From contig CBDAOB010000004.1 in the NCBI GenBank assembly GCA_965197905.1, positions 1,812,878-1,876,877 on the forward strand: 64,000 nucleotides of DNA, given 5' to 3'. Positions 9,610 through 17,191 of this stretch are shown one piece after another. Every line of letters starts with the position of its first letter. Positions within the stretch are counted from its first letter, which is position 1. The translations under genes and the position numbers were made by a program. Source of the DNA: Candidatus Latescibacterota bacterium (GTDB lineage: Bacteria > Latescibacterota > UBA2968 > UBA8231). The notes below the pieces were generated by a model. That model saw nothing but the letters and a program-made list of their open reading frames with translations, had not been told where the DNA came from and did no database searches.

Positions 9610-10437
9610 ATGCACAAACAGACGATGACCAAAGCGCGATCGGTGTTTCTGATCGCCGCCTTCTGCAGCATAGGGTGGTTTTGTTCAAACTCTCCCAAAG
9701 CGGACGAACCTGAGAAGAGTCCGGTTCCCCCGCCTATGGAGAATCTGACGCCGGTGTACTCCTACCGCGTGGTGGATTCCTACACCCACGACCTGCGGGC
9801 GTTCACCCAGGGGCTGGCGATCGCAAACGGAGCACTCTACGAAAGTACAGGGCTGTATGGCGAGTCCACATTGCGCCGGGTCGATCTGGCAACGGGCGAG
9901 GTCCTGCAAATCCGTTCCCTTCCCGATTCCCTATTCGGGGAAGGGATCGCCGTTTGGGAAGAGCGGATTATTCAGGTTACCTGGCGCTCGCGCATGGGGT
10001 TGGTGTACGATCGTGACTCCTTCGAGTTGTTGCAGCAGTTCCGTTACGACACCGAGGGGTGGGGATTAACCCATGACGGCGACCGCCTGATACTCAGCGA
10101 CGGTAGCTCCACACTCTATTTCTTGGACCCGAATTCGTTCGCCGAACTCGGGCGCTTGGCGGTACACGACAGCGACGGCCCCGTGACCCTACTGAACGAA
10201 TTGGAGTATGTCGGCGGCGAGGTGTTCGCAAACATCCTGCAATCAGACCGCATCGCTCGCATCGACCCAAAAAGCGGCAAGGTGACCGGGTGGATCGACC
10301 TGGAGGGCCTCCTTGCCGAGGTTCGAGGGTCCAACGCCGTGGGGGTTTTGAATGGGATCGCCTATGACGAAGCCCGTAACAGACTCTATGTAACGGGGAA
10401 GAACTGGCCGCAGCTTTTCGAGATCGAGCTGCGGTGA
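9610..10437 (+). CDS. Glutaminyl-peptide cyclotransferase (glutamine cyclotransferase, beta-propeller type), lipoprotein
   Basis: Lipobox-like signal (LIAAFCSIGWFCSNS); motifs 'HDLRAFTQGL', 'TGLYGESTLRRVDL.TGEVL', 'GEGIA..', 'YVTGKNWPQLFEI' typical of the plant/bacterial QC family (PF05096). Confidence 0.75.
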   Translation: MHKQTMTKARSVFLIAAFCSIGWFCSNSPKADEPEKSPVPPPMENLTPVYSYRVVDSYTHDLRAFTQGLAIANGALYESTGLYGESTLRRVDLATGEVLQIRSLPDSLFGEGIAVWEERIIQVTWRSRMGLVYDRDSFELLQQFRYDTEGWGLTHDGDRLILSDGSSTLYFLDPNSFAELGRLAVHDSDGPVTLLNELEYVGGEVFANILQSDRIARIDPKSGKVTGWIDLEGLLAEVRGSNAVGVLNGIAYDEARNRLYVTGKNWPQLFEIELR

Positions 10438-10441
10438 TCGG

Positions 10442-11353
10442 TTAGAGCAAAGCCTCGGCGTCTTCCGCTTCCCTGAGGTTCAACAAGGGTCCGCGCACGC
10501 CACGCTCGATTTTCGCAAACGCGTCGTGATTGTGGATGCTTTCGTAGTTGTTGCTTGAGACGTAGAACCAGCGGATGCGGTCTGTTTCCAGCAAAGCGAT
10601 GGTTTCAGCCGACACGTCGCGCACGATATCCTCGACAAATTTCGGATTGTCGAAGGCTTTCTCGGTCACGTGTTTTTCGTCGGGACGCTTCAGGATCGGA
10701 TAGAGCTGGCACGAAGCACTGCGCTCGGCGATATCGATTAGGTCTTCGAACCAGATGAACGCCTCATCGTTGGGGCGCACGTCCACCTTGATTTCCGAGC
10801 GCTGATTGTGGGCGCCGTAGTCGCTGATCTCCTTGCTGCACGGACAGCAACTGGCGGCGTTTACGCGGACGCCGACCATCTTGTCGTACAAACCGTCTTT
10901 CGACATCATCGCGCGGAATATGCAGTCGTAGTCCAAAAGTCCACTTTCGCCGCTCACCGGAGCCGGTCGGCAGAGAAAGATCGGAAACTCCATGTCCAAA
11001 TAGGCCTCTTCCGCGCCCAACAGTCGCAGCATCTCTTCCAGCACAATATGCACGTTGTCGGGCCGGAAGTGATGGTTCTGTTCATTGAGGGCTATCATGA
11101 ACCGCGACATGTGCGTCCCCTTCTGGTCGTGAGGCAAACGCACCGTCATGGATACGTTGGCAACGGTGTTGAATTCTCCGCCGCCACGAAGGGGCAATGT
11201 TAGGGGGTAGCGAACGTTCGAGACACCGACCTGGTCGATGTCGATGCCTCGTTGATCCGGGCTGTTCTGAATGTCCGGTAACACGTTAGTTTTCGTAGGA
11301 TTAGGTATCGCCAAGCTCGACTGCAATGTATGTTTGGACCCCATGCAAGTCAA
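10442..11353 (-). CDS. folE2: GTP cyclohydrolase FolE2/MptA (GTP cyclohydrolase I type 2)
   Basis: 'PDIQNSPDQRGIDIDQVGV', 'SMTVRLPHDQKGTHMSRF', 'CCPCSKEISDYGAHNQRS' match the FolE2 (DUF198) signature regions. The true start may be a few codons in. Confidence 0.7.
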   Translation of the reverse strand: MTCMGSKHTLQSSLAIPNPTKTNVLPDIQNSPDQRGIDIDQVGVSNVRYPLTLPLRGGGEFNTVANVSMTVRLPHDQKGTHMSRFMIALNEQNHHFRPDNVHIVLEEMLRLLGAEEAYLDMEFPIFLCRPAPVSGESGLLDYDCIFRAMMSKDGLYDKMVGVRVNAASCCPCSKEISDYGAHNQRSEIKVDVRPNDEAFIWFEDLIDIAERSASCQLYPILKRPDEKHVTEKAFDNPKFVEDIVRDVSAETIALLETDRIRWFYVSSNNYESIHNHDAFAKIERGVRGPLLNLREAEDAEALL

Positions 11354-11395
11354 TGGAATGGCGGCGACCGAGAGCCACGACCGGAGGAGGTGGAT

Positions 11396-11998
11396 GTGGT
11401 AACGCTTTCAAAGATTTACACGAAGTCAGGAGATGGCGGAACGACTCGATTGGGCAATGGTGAGGAGGTTTCGAAAACCCATCCCCGGGTAGAGGCCTAC
11501 GGCGCCGTGGATGAGTTGAACGCCGTGTTGGGTCTGGTGTTGACACAACCGTTGCCCGCGGAGCAAAAAGAAGTGCTACAACTCACCCAAAACGACCTCT
11601 TCGACCTCGGTGCCGACCTCTGTCATCCGCAGAAGCAGGCTCGCGAGGAGGCGTCCGCGTTGCGCCTAGGCCACGATCAAGTTCAAAGGCTCGAATCCAC
11701 CATCGACCACCTGAACGAGTCCCTTCAGCCCTTGCGCAGCTTCGTTTTGCCCGGCGGCACCGTGGCGGCGACCTGGTTGCACCTTGCTCGCACGGTGTGC
11801 CGCCGGGCCGAGCGCAGAGTCTGGGGTCTCGCCGAGGATGAAAGCGTCAACGAAGAGGTCCCGCGCTACCTGAATCGACTCTCTGACCTGCTCTTCGTAA
11901 TGGCTAGGCATCATAACCACGCGGCGTCCGGTGACGTGCTGTGGGAGCCGGCAAAGGGCCGAATCGAGGGCACCAATGAGACCTCCCAAACCGGATGA
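11396..11998 (+). CDS. ATP:cob(I)alamin adenosyltransferase, PduO-type (MMAB family)
   Basis: 'KIYTKSGDGGTTRLGNGEEVSK..PRVEAYGAVDELNA' matches the PduO-type ATR N-terminus. The ORF track starts at 11330, but a GGAGGAGG RBS at 11383..11390 followed by GTG at 11396 fits the family start. Confidence 0.65.
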   Translation: MVTLSKIYTKSGDGGTTRLGNGEEVSKTHPRVEAYGAVDELNAVLGLVLTQPLPAEQKEVLQLTQNDLFDLGADLCHPQKQAREEASALRLGHDQVQRLESTIDHLNESLQPLRSFVLPGGTVAATWLHLARTVCRRAERRVWGLAEDESVNEEVPRYLNRLSDLLFVMARHHNHAASGDVLWEPAKGRIEGTNETSQTG

Positions 11999-12089
11999 GG
12001 AGCCGCTGCCAACTTGTGGTTTGCACTAGGCTTCCTTACTATATTTTCCTTAAACCGGCAGGCACTTTTTCTACGGTATGAACTGAGTC

Positions 12090-13331
12090 ATGGCGCGGGT
12101 CTTGGTAGTTGAGCGTAGCCCAAAGATCGGGAAGCTCGTAGCCGATCAGTTGCAGCAAAACGGCTTCGACGCCACGGATGTGCGCCATGGGGCGGAAGCC
12201 GCCCTCGAGCTTCGTCGGCAGGAGTGCGACCTCATCCTATTGGACAACCAGGTGCCGATGGGTGGGGTAAAAACCGCCCGCATTCTGCGCCTGCACCCAA
12301 AATTCAACACGATACCGATCATTCTGGGCTTACCCACCAACAAGGACGAAGCCCGCAAGGTAATTACCGACAGCAACGAAGTCGGGGTGAGCAATTTCCT
12401 GCTCAAGCCGTTCACCATGGCGGCCCTGAAAAAGAAGCTGGACGATGTGCTCGGCGACGAAACTCCGGCGGAGAAACCCACCTTCATGGAGATTCGTGAC
12501 GAGCTGCGGAACCTCAGCAATCTGCCGGCGATGCCGGAAGCCCACAGCAAGCTGCTGGCCCTGCTCAGCAAGGCCGACGACGAAGTGGATATGAACGCCG
12601 TCGCCAAGACCCTAGAGATGGATGCAGCGATGTCGGCCAAGGTCATGCGCACCTGCCGCTCGGCGTTCTTCGGATTTCAAGGCAGCATGATGAAACAAGC
12701 GGTGGCTTTTCTGGGGGTTGCGGTGATTCGTCAAATCGTGCAGTCGGCGGTTATCGTCAGCATGTTCGATGACGAGAAAGAGGGAGATTCCAGCCTGAGC
12801 ATGCAAGACCTGTGGCGTCATTCCATGGCAACCGGTTTGGCTATGGAAGTGATCGGAAAAGCGGACAAGAAAAAAACCCACTTCCTTCTGGGTGTTCTGC
12901 ACGATGTGGGAAAGGCGGTGTTCAAGTTTCGCTTCTCCGAGCATTTTGCCTCGGTTCTCGATCTCGTGGCGAAGGAAGAGATCTCTATGTACAAGGCGGA
13001 GCAGGAGCTCCTGGGCATCACCCACGCCGAGTGCGGGGGGGAGTTGGCGGTGCACTGGGATCTTCCGGGTGAGGTGCGTACCGCTATAGCCGCACACCAT
13101 ACCCCCGCGGAGACAACGCAACACAAGCGATTGGCCGCCATGGTCCATATCGCCGATATCGCCGTCCGCACCATGAAAATTGGCTACGCCGGCGATGATC
13201 TGATTCCGCCGATGGATCCATATGCGGCCAGGCTGCAGAAGAGCGTCGAGGAGATCACCGCCCAGCGCGATCAGATCGTCGGTCAGATCGACGCCATGGT
13301 GGGCGGGTCAGACGGGGAGGCAGAGAATTAG
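12090..13331 (+). CDS. Response regulator, receiver (REC) domain fused to HDOD output domain
   Basis: N-terminal REC domain (phospho-acceptor Asp in 'LILLDNQVPMGG', K in 'FLLKPF'). C-terminal HDOD domain ('LPAMPEAHSKLLALL', 'VLHDVGK', 'HAECGGELAVHWDLP', 'AIAAHH'). No cognate histidine kinase adjacent. Confidence 0.75.
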   Translation: MARVLVVERSPKIGKLVADQLQQNGFDATDVRHGAEAALELRRQECDLILLDNQVPMGGVKTARILRLHPKFNTIPIILGLPTNKDEARKVITDSNEVGVSNFLLKPFTMAALKKKLDDVLGDETPAEKPTFMEIRDELRNLSNLPAMPEAHSKLLALLSKADDEVDMNAVAKTLEMDAAMSAKVMRTCRSAFFGFQGSMMKQAVAFLGVAVIRQIVQSAVIVSMFDDEKEGDSSLSMQDLWRHSMATGLAMEVIGKADKKKTHFLLGVLHDVGKAVFKFRFSEHFASVLDLVAKEEISMYKAEQELLGITHAECGGELAVHWDLPGEVRTAIAAHHTPAETTQHKRLAAMVHIADIAVRTMKIGYAGDDLIPPMDPYAARLQKSVEEITAQRDQIVGQIDAMVGGSDGEAEN

Positions 13332-13368
13332 CCAGGCTTCTCCAAGCCTCACAGTCGATCTGCGAACC

Positions 13369-13400
13369 GGCTTACCGCACCACTGTGTAGGCCTTTTTTT
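13369..13400 (+). terminator. Rho-independent terminator after the REC-HDOD gene
   Basis: Stem GGCUUAC/GUAGGCC (7 bp, one G.U) with an 11-nt loop, followed by a T7 tract (13394..13400). Confidence 0.5.
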
Positions 13401-13971
13401 GTGCCTCCTGTTACACACCGGGGTAGGGGCGCAGTACGAAGCCGAAGTCACAGCAGAGCGCCAGTCGAATTTCTACCTCTCCGCTGGCCTAGGCCTGCTC
13501 ACCGTAGGCACTAAGGCAGGCATTGCCATTCCGGCCGGATTCATGGCGGTGCTTTCCCCTTACCGGTTGCTGGTTTCCGCCAGCGCGATCGATATCGGGC
13601 TTCTGGAAGGAGACTCCAAGGATCCGCGGTACGAGCGTTTATTCGTGCCGGGGGGCTCCCAAGCCTGCCTGGATCGAGAGACCGGTTTTCTTGTTTCGGA
13701 TTTTCGTTGTTCTGGAGGGACCGTCCTCCGAGGCTCGACCGGTGCCGATCTCAGCGTCATACCCATAGAGAATCTTTGGCTCGGAAACCAACCGGGCAAC
13801 CTGTTCACCGGTGTCGGCTTTCGTGCCTTCAACCCGAAGACGGCCTACGTCACCTTCGGCCTGGTGTTCAATTCGCAGACGGAAAAAGCAGGCGGATTCA
13901 AGGTCAATATCGGCAGCGACTACGTGTTTGTCGGTATCCTCGGAGGGTTCAACCTACGCCGATGGTTCTGA
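13399..13971 (+). CDS. Hypothetical protein, possible small outer-membrane beta-barrel (start uncertain)
   Basis: Alternating hydrophobic beta-strand pattern and C-terminal '...FNLRRWF' aromatic terminus. The ORF in the track (13222) overlaps the upstream gene and its terminator, so the real start must be downstream (TTG 13399 or later). No clean signal peptide seen. Confidence 0.3.
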   Translation: MCLLLHTGVGAQYEAEVTAERQSNFYLSAGLGLLTVGTKAGIAIPAGFMAVLSPYRLLVSASAIDIGLLEGDSKDPRYERLFVPGGSQACLDRETGFLVSDFRCSGGTVLRGSTGADLSVIPIENLWLGNQPGNLFTGVGFRAFNPKTAYVTFGLVFNSQTEKAGGFKVNIGSDYVFVGILGGFNLRRWF

Positions 13972-13990
13972 ACGTGCCCTCGCCGTTGTG

Positions 13991-15050
13991 ATGGCGGGTC
14001 GCATCGCCTGCCGCCGGTACCGCTGCGCACGCAACATCGCCTTCGCCGCCTTGAGCCTGCTGTTCGCCGCAGACGGAAACAGCCAGACGCTTCCGCCGGA
14101 GACCCACCCCAGCCTGTTGTTTACCGCCGCTGAGCTACCTCTACTAAAGAGCCGCATCGCGCGCGCTCCGTACTCGAGTTGGTGGCAAACGACGCTGCAA
14201 CGCGCGCAAACCGTTCCCGATACCGTAACCGTAGAGCGATCGAAGGCCCGTTACGCCAAGAGCCTGGCGTTTGCCTATCTCATGACCGACGACGAGAGCT
14301 TCGCACGGTTACGATATGTTGCACGAGTTCGTGAGCGCGGATGCTGCCTCACTGGCCGCGGTGCGCGGTCTCCTCGCCGAGGAAGCGGCGCGGTTGATGA
14401 AGGGTATTGTCGTGCAGGAGATCAACCTCGGTTTCGTGACCATCAAGCTGCGTCTGCACGAGACGCCCCACATCGACAACTGGCATCTGCGGGCGTACGG
14501 TGGGCTGGGGTTTGCCGCCCTGGCACTGGCGGATCATCCCGGCGTCGACGACAAAACCCCCCAAGATTGGTCTGACCGGGCAGTGGATCTGTCCAGCCGC
14601 ACCCTGGAGTATCAGATAGACCCCGTGGACGGCGGCTACGCCGAGGGTCCGTTCTACAGCCGCTACGCCGCCGATGTTTACCTGCCATACTTGATCGCCA
14701 TGAAACGTCTCACCGGACTTGATCTCATCGACGCGCCGATCGTGCGCAAGATGCACGACTGGTCGGTAAACATCCGCTTGCCCAATGGACGCCGACCAAA
14801 CATCGACGACGGCCACCTGGACGAATTCTACGGTCATTACCTGGCCGCTGTCGACGACGACGGTCCGGTGCATCTTTGGGACTGGCAAAACAACGAGACC
14901 GGGCTGTACGTGCGGGAGTTTTCAGAGCTGGATGCTATTGCGCTCTACGACGACCGCATCGAACCCCAGGAGCCCACGCAAGGACCGACGATCTTCATGC
15001 CGGAGGCCGGAGATGCGGTCTTCCGCAACGACTGGTCGGCCGACGGGATC
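13991..15050 (+). CDS. Heparinase II/III-like polysaccharide lyase, exon 1 (signal peptide + N-terminal alpha-toroid part); apparent +1 frameshift near 14286-14316
   Basis: Signal peptide MAGRIACRRYRCARNIAFAALSLLFAADG. Coding potential switches from frame 2 (13991..~14310) to frame 0 (14286..15050) inside an overlap of two track ORFs. Exon ends ...FRNDWSADGI immediately before GTGCG at 15051. Confidence 0.45.
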
Positions 15051-17191
15051 GTGCGCCACGAGGCGCCAGAGAACCGGGTGGGATGCAAGGACCCACCAAC
15101 GGGCTGTCGCAGCAGCCCGTTGAAGCTGGAGGCAGCCTGACCCTGGGAGCGCAGGGGAAGGTGGAAGCAGCCTCGACAACGACAGAGTGGAGTGGCACCT
15201 CCAGACACTCCACGTCTGGCAAGCAAGACGGAATGGTGTAACCCGAAGTGAACCAGTGATGGAACCCCCTTTAGCGGCCCGCCAACCCAAACCTGGTGGA
15301 TAAGGGTTGGTACGCAACGCACGTGGTCGGATATATGACCGACTGCGACTCTGGGGAGGTGTGATACCCACCGAAGCAGAGGCCTTGGAGAATGCCTGCG
15401 GCGTACCCAAGGCGAAGTTGCAGGGGAAAAGCTGGGCACCTCCCCCGTCAAACGGTTCATGGTGAACGTGGGAACCGAGCCGAGTCCGACCGTTATCGGG
15501 GCAGCGCGCTGTCCGCTGTGGGGCTTGGCAAGGGACGGAGCCTCTGTAGTAGTCCGCGAGCGGGAAAGCCGCTTACATGGCGAAGGGAGGCAGCAAGTTG
15601 CGCAGTGGGGTACTGGAAAAACAGGAGGACGCCGGTGAATGCCAGCGCTTCGTGGCCCGAGGCAGAACAAGCCCGTAATCGAGTACTGGAAATCCAGACC
15701 AAACTGCACCGTTGGGCTGTAGAGGATCGAAGCAAGTGCTTCGACGACCTGTTCAACCTGGTGTGTGACCCGGCGTTTTTGAGTGTAGCCTGGCGTCGGG
15801 TGCGCAGCAACAAGGGTGCTCGTTCGGCCGGAGTGGACGGACAAACGGCCTACTCTGTGGAGACGGAACGCGGCGAGGAGGCCTTTCTCGCCGAGGTGCG
15901 GGTTGATCTGAAGACCCGCAGTTTCCGGCCTCTGCCCGTACGCGAGCGGTTGATTCCGAAACCTGGCACAACGAAGAAGCGCCGGCTCGGCATCCCAACC
16001 GCTCGGGACCGAGTGGTCCAAGCCGCACTCAAGCTGGTGCTCGAACCGATCTTCGAAGCGGACTTCAAGCCGTGCTCCTACGGCTTCCGCCCGAATCGGC
16101 GGGCTCAGGACGCCATCGCCGAGATTCATCAATTCTGCTCCCGCTCTTATGAGTGGGTGGTGGAGGGCGATATCCGTGCTTGTTTCGATGAGATTGATCA
16201 CGCAGCCCTCTTGGACCGCGTGCGTCGACGTATCGGTGATAAGCATGTTCTGAGGCTTGTAAAAGCGTTCTGCAAGGCCGGTGTCCTCACGGAACAATCG
16301 GTGTTGCAAGAAAGCACTTCGGGCACTCCGCAAGGCGGTATTCTCTCACCGCTGGTGGCAAATATCGCCTTATCCGTCCTCGACGATTATTTCACTGAGG
16401 TCTGGAGAAAGGTGGGCGCTACCTCCAGTGCGCGACAAGCGCATCGGCGAAAGGGGCTACCGACTTGTCGGCTTGTCCGTTACGCTGACGATTTCGTGCT
16501 GCTGGTGGCGGGCACCGAAGCTGCAGCGTATGACCTGCGCGACCAAGCGGGGGTGACTCTCACCCCCATGGGTCTGCACCTGTCGGAGACGAAGACCGCC
16601 ATCACGCACATCAGCCGTGGCTTCGATTTCCTGGGTTTTCGCATTCAGAAGCGACGGAAACCGGGCCCGGTTGGCGCACGCATCTATACGTGGCCAAGAA
16701 AGGAATCTCTGGCCCGGTTGAAGAGCACGGTGCGCGCAGTCACGAGAACGGGTCGGCAGAGGCCGTTGAAGAGCCTTCTGCGCCAACTCAATCCGGTGTT
16801 GCGGGGGTGGGCCAACTACTTTCAGTACGGGGTGTCGAAGGCCACTTTCAACTACGTGCGGGGCTTCACTTGGCGCCGCGTAGTGCATTGGCTGCGCCGC
16901 AAGCACCCGCGCTTTAATTGGAGGAAGCTGAAACGCCGCTACCTGCCAGGATGGTGGCCCACCGAGGACGGGATTGCTCTTTACAACGTCGGCGAAGTAG
17001 CAGTGACTCGTTACCGCTATCGATCGGCGCGGATCCCTTCTCCCTGGCCTGCGACAACCGGATGAGACTCTGCGGTCACACGGCACCTTGTGGAGAGCCG
17101 GATGCGTGGTAACGCGCACGTCCGGTTCGGAGGGCGGGCCGGAGAAACCCACATCACGCGTGTGGCGCAGGGCGCTCCGGTCCGACCCTAC
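15051..17191 (+). mobile_element. Group II intron (bacterial, En-minus RT type) interrupting the lyase gene
   Basis: 5' end GTGCGCC (consensus GUGYG). Domain IV carries the RT/maturase ORF. Domain V at 17095..17128 is GAGCCGGATGCGTG-GTAA-CGCGCACGTCCGGTTC (AGC triad, GNRA loop, 2-nt bulge). Domain VI at 17131..17190 has bulged A at 17185 and ends ...CCUAC. The 3' boundary is ambiguous between 17191 and 17194 because of a TACTAC repeat; either choice keeps the host frame. Confidence 0.8.
15635..17065 (+). CDS. Group II intron-encoded reverse transcriptase/maturase (no endonuclease domain)
   Basis: RT blocks including 'RLVRYADDFVLLV' (YADD), 'FLGF', and maturase/X domain 'LLRQLNPVLRGWANYFQYG'; ends right after the thumb domain with no HNH. 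AGGAGG RBS at 15623..15628 followed by GTG at 15635; the track ORF extends spuriously upstream to 15392. Confidence 0.8.
   Translation: MNASASWPEAEQARNRVLEIQTKLHRWAVEDRSKCFDDLFNLVCDPAFLSVAWRRVRSNKGARSAGVDGQTAYSVETERGEEAFLAEVRVDLKTRSFRPLPVRERLIPKPGTTKKRRLGIPTARDRVVQAALKLVLEPIFEADFKPCSYGFRPNRRAQDAIAEIHQFCSRSYEWVVEGDIRACFDEIDHAALLDRVRRRIGDKHVLRLVKAFCKAGVLTEQSVLQESTSGTPQGGILSPLVANIALSVLDDYFTEVWRKVGATSSARQAHRRKGLPTCRLVRYADDFVLLVAGTEAAAYDLRDQAGVTLTPMGLHLSETKTAITHISRGFDFLGFRIQKRRKPGPVGARIYTWPRKESLARLKSTVRAVTRTGRQRPLKSLLRQLNPVLRGWANYFQYGVSKATFNYVRGFTWRRVVHWLRRKHPRFNWRKLKRRYLPGWWPTEDGIALYNVGEVAVTRYRYRSARIPSPWPATTG

Noticed and set aside
13811-14575. Track ORF 13811..14575 as an independent gene
   Set aside because: Its 5' part overlaps the OMP-like gene and its 3' 85 codons are arginine-rich junk; best explained as the N-terminal frame of the lyase gene before a frameshift, with true start at ATG 13991.
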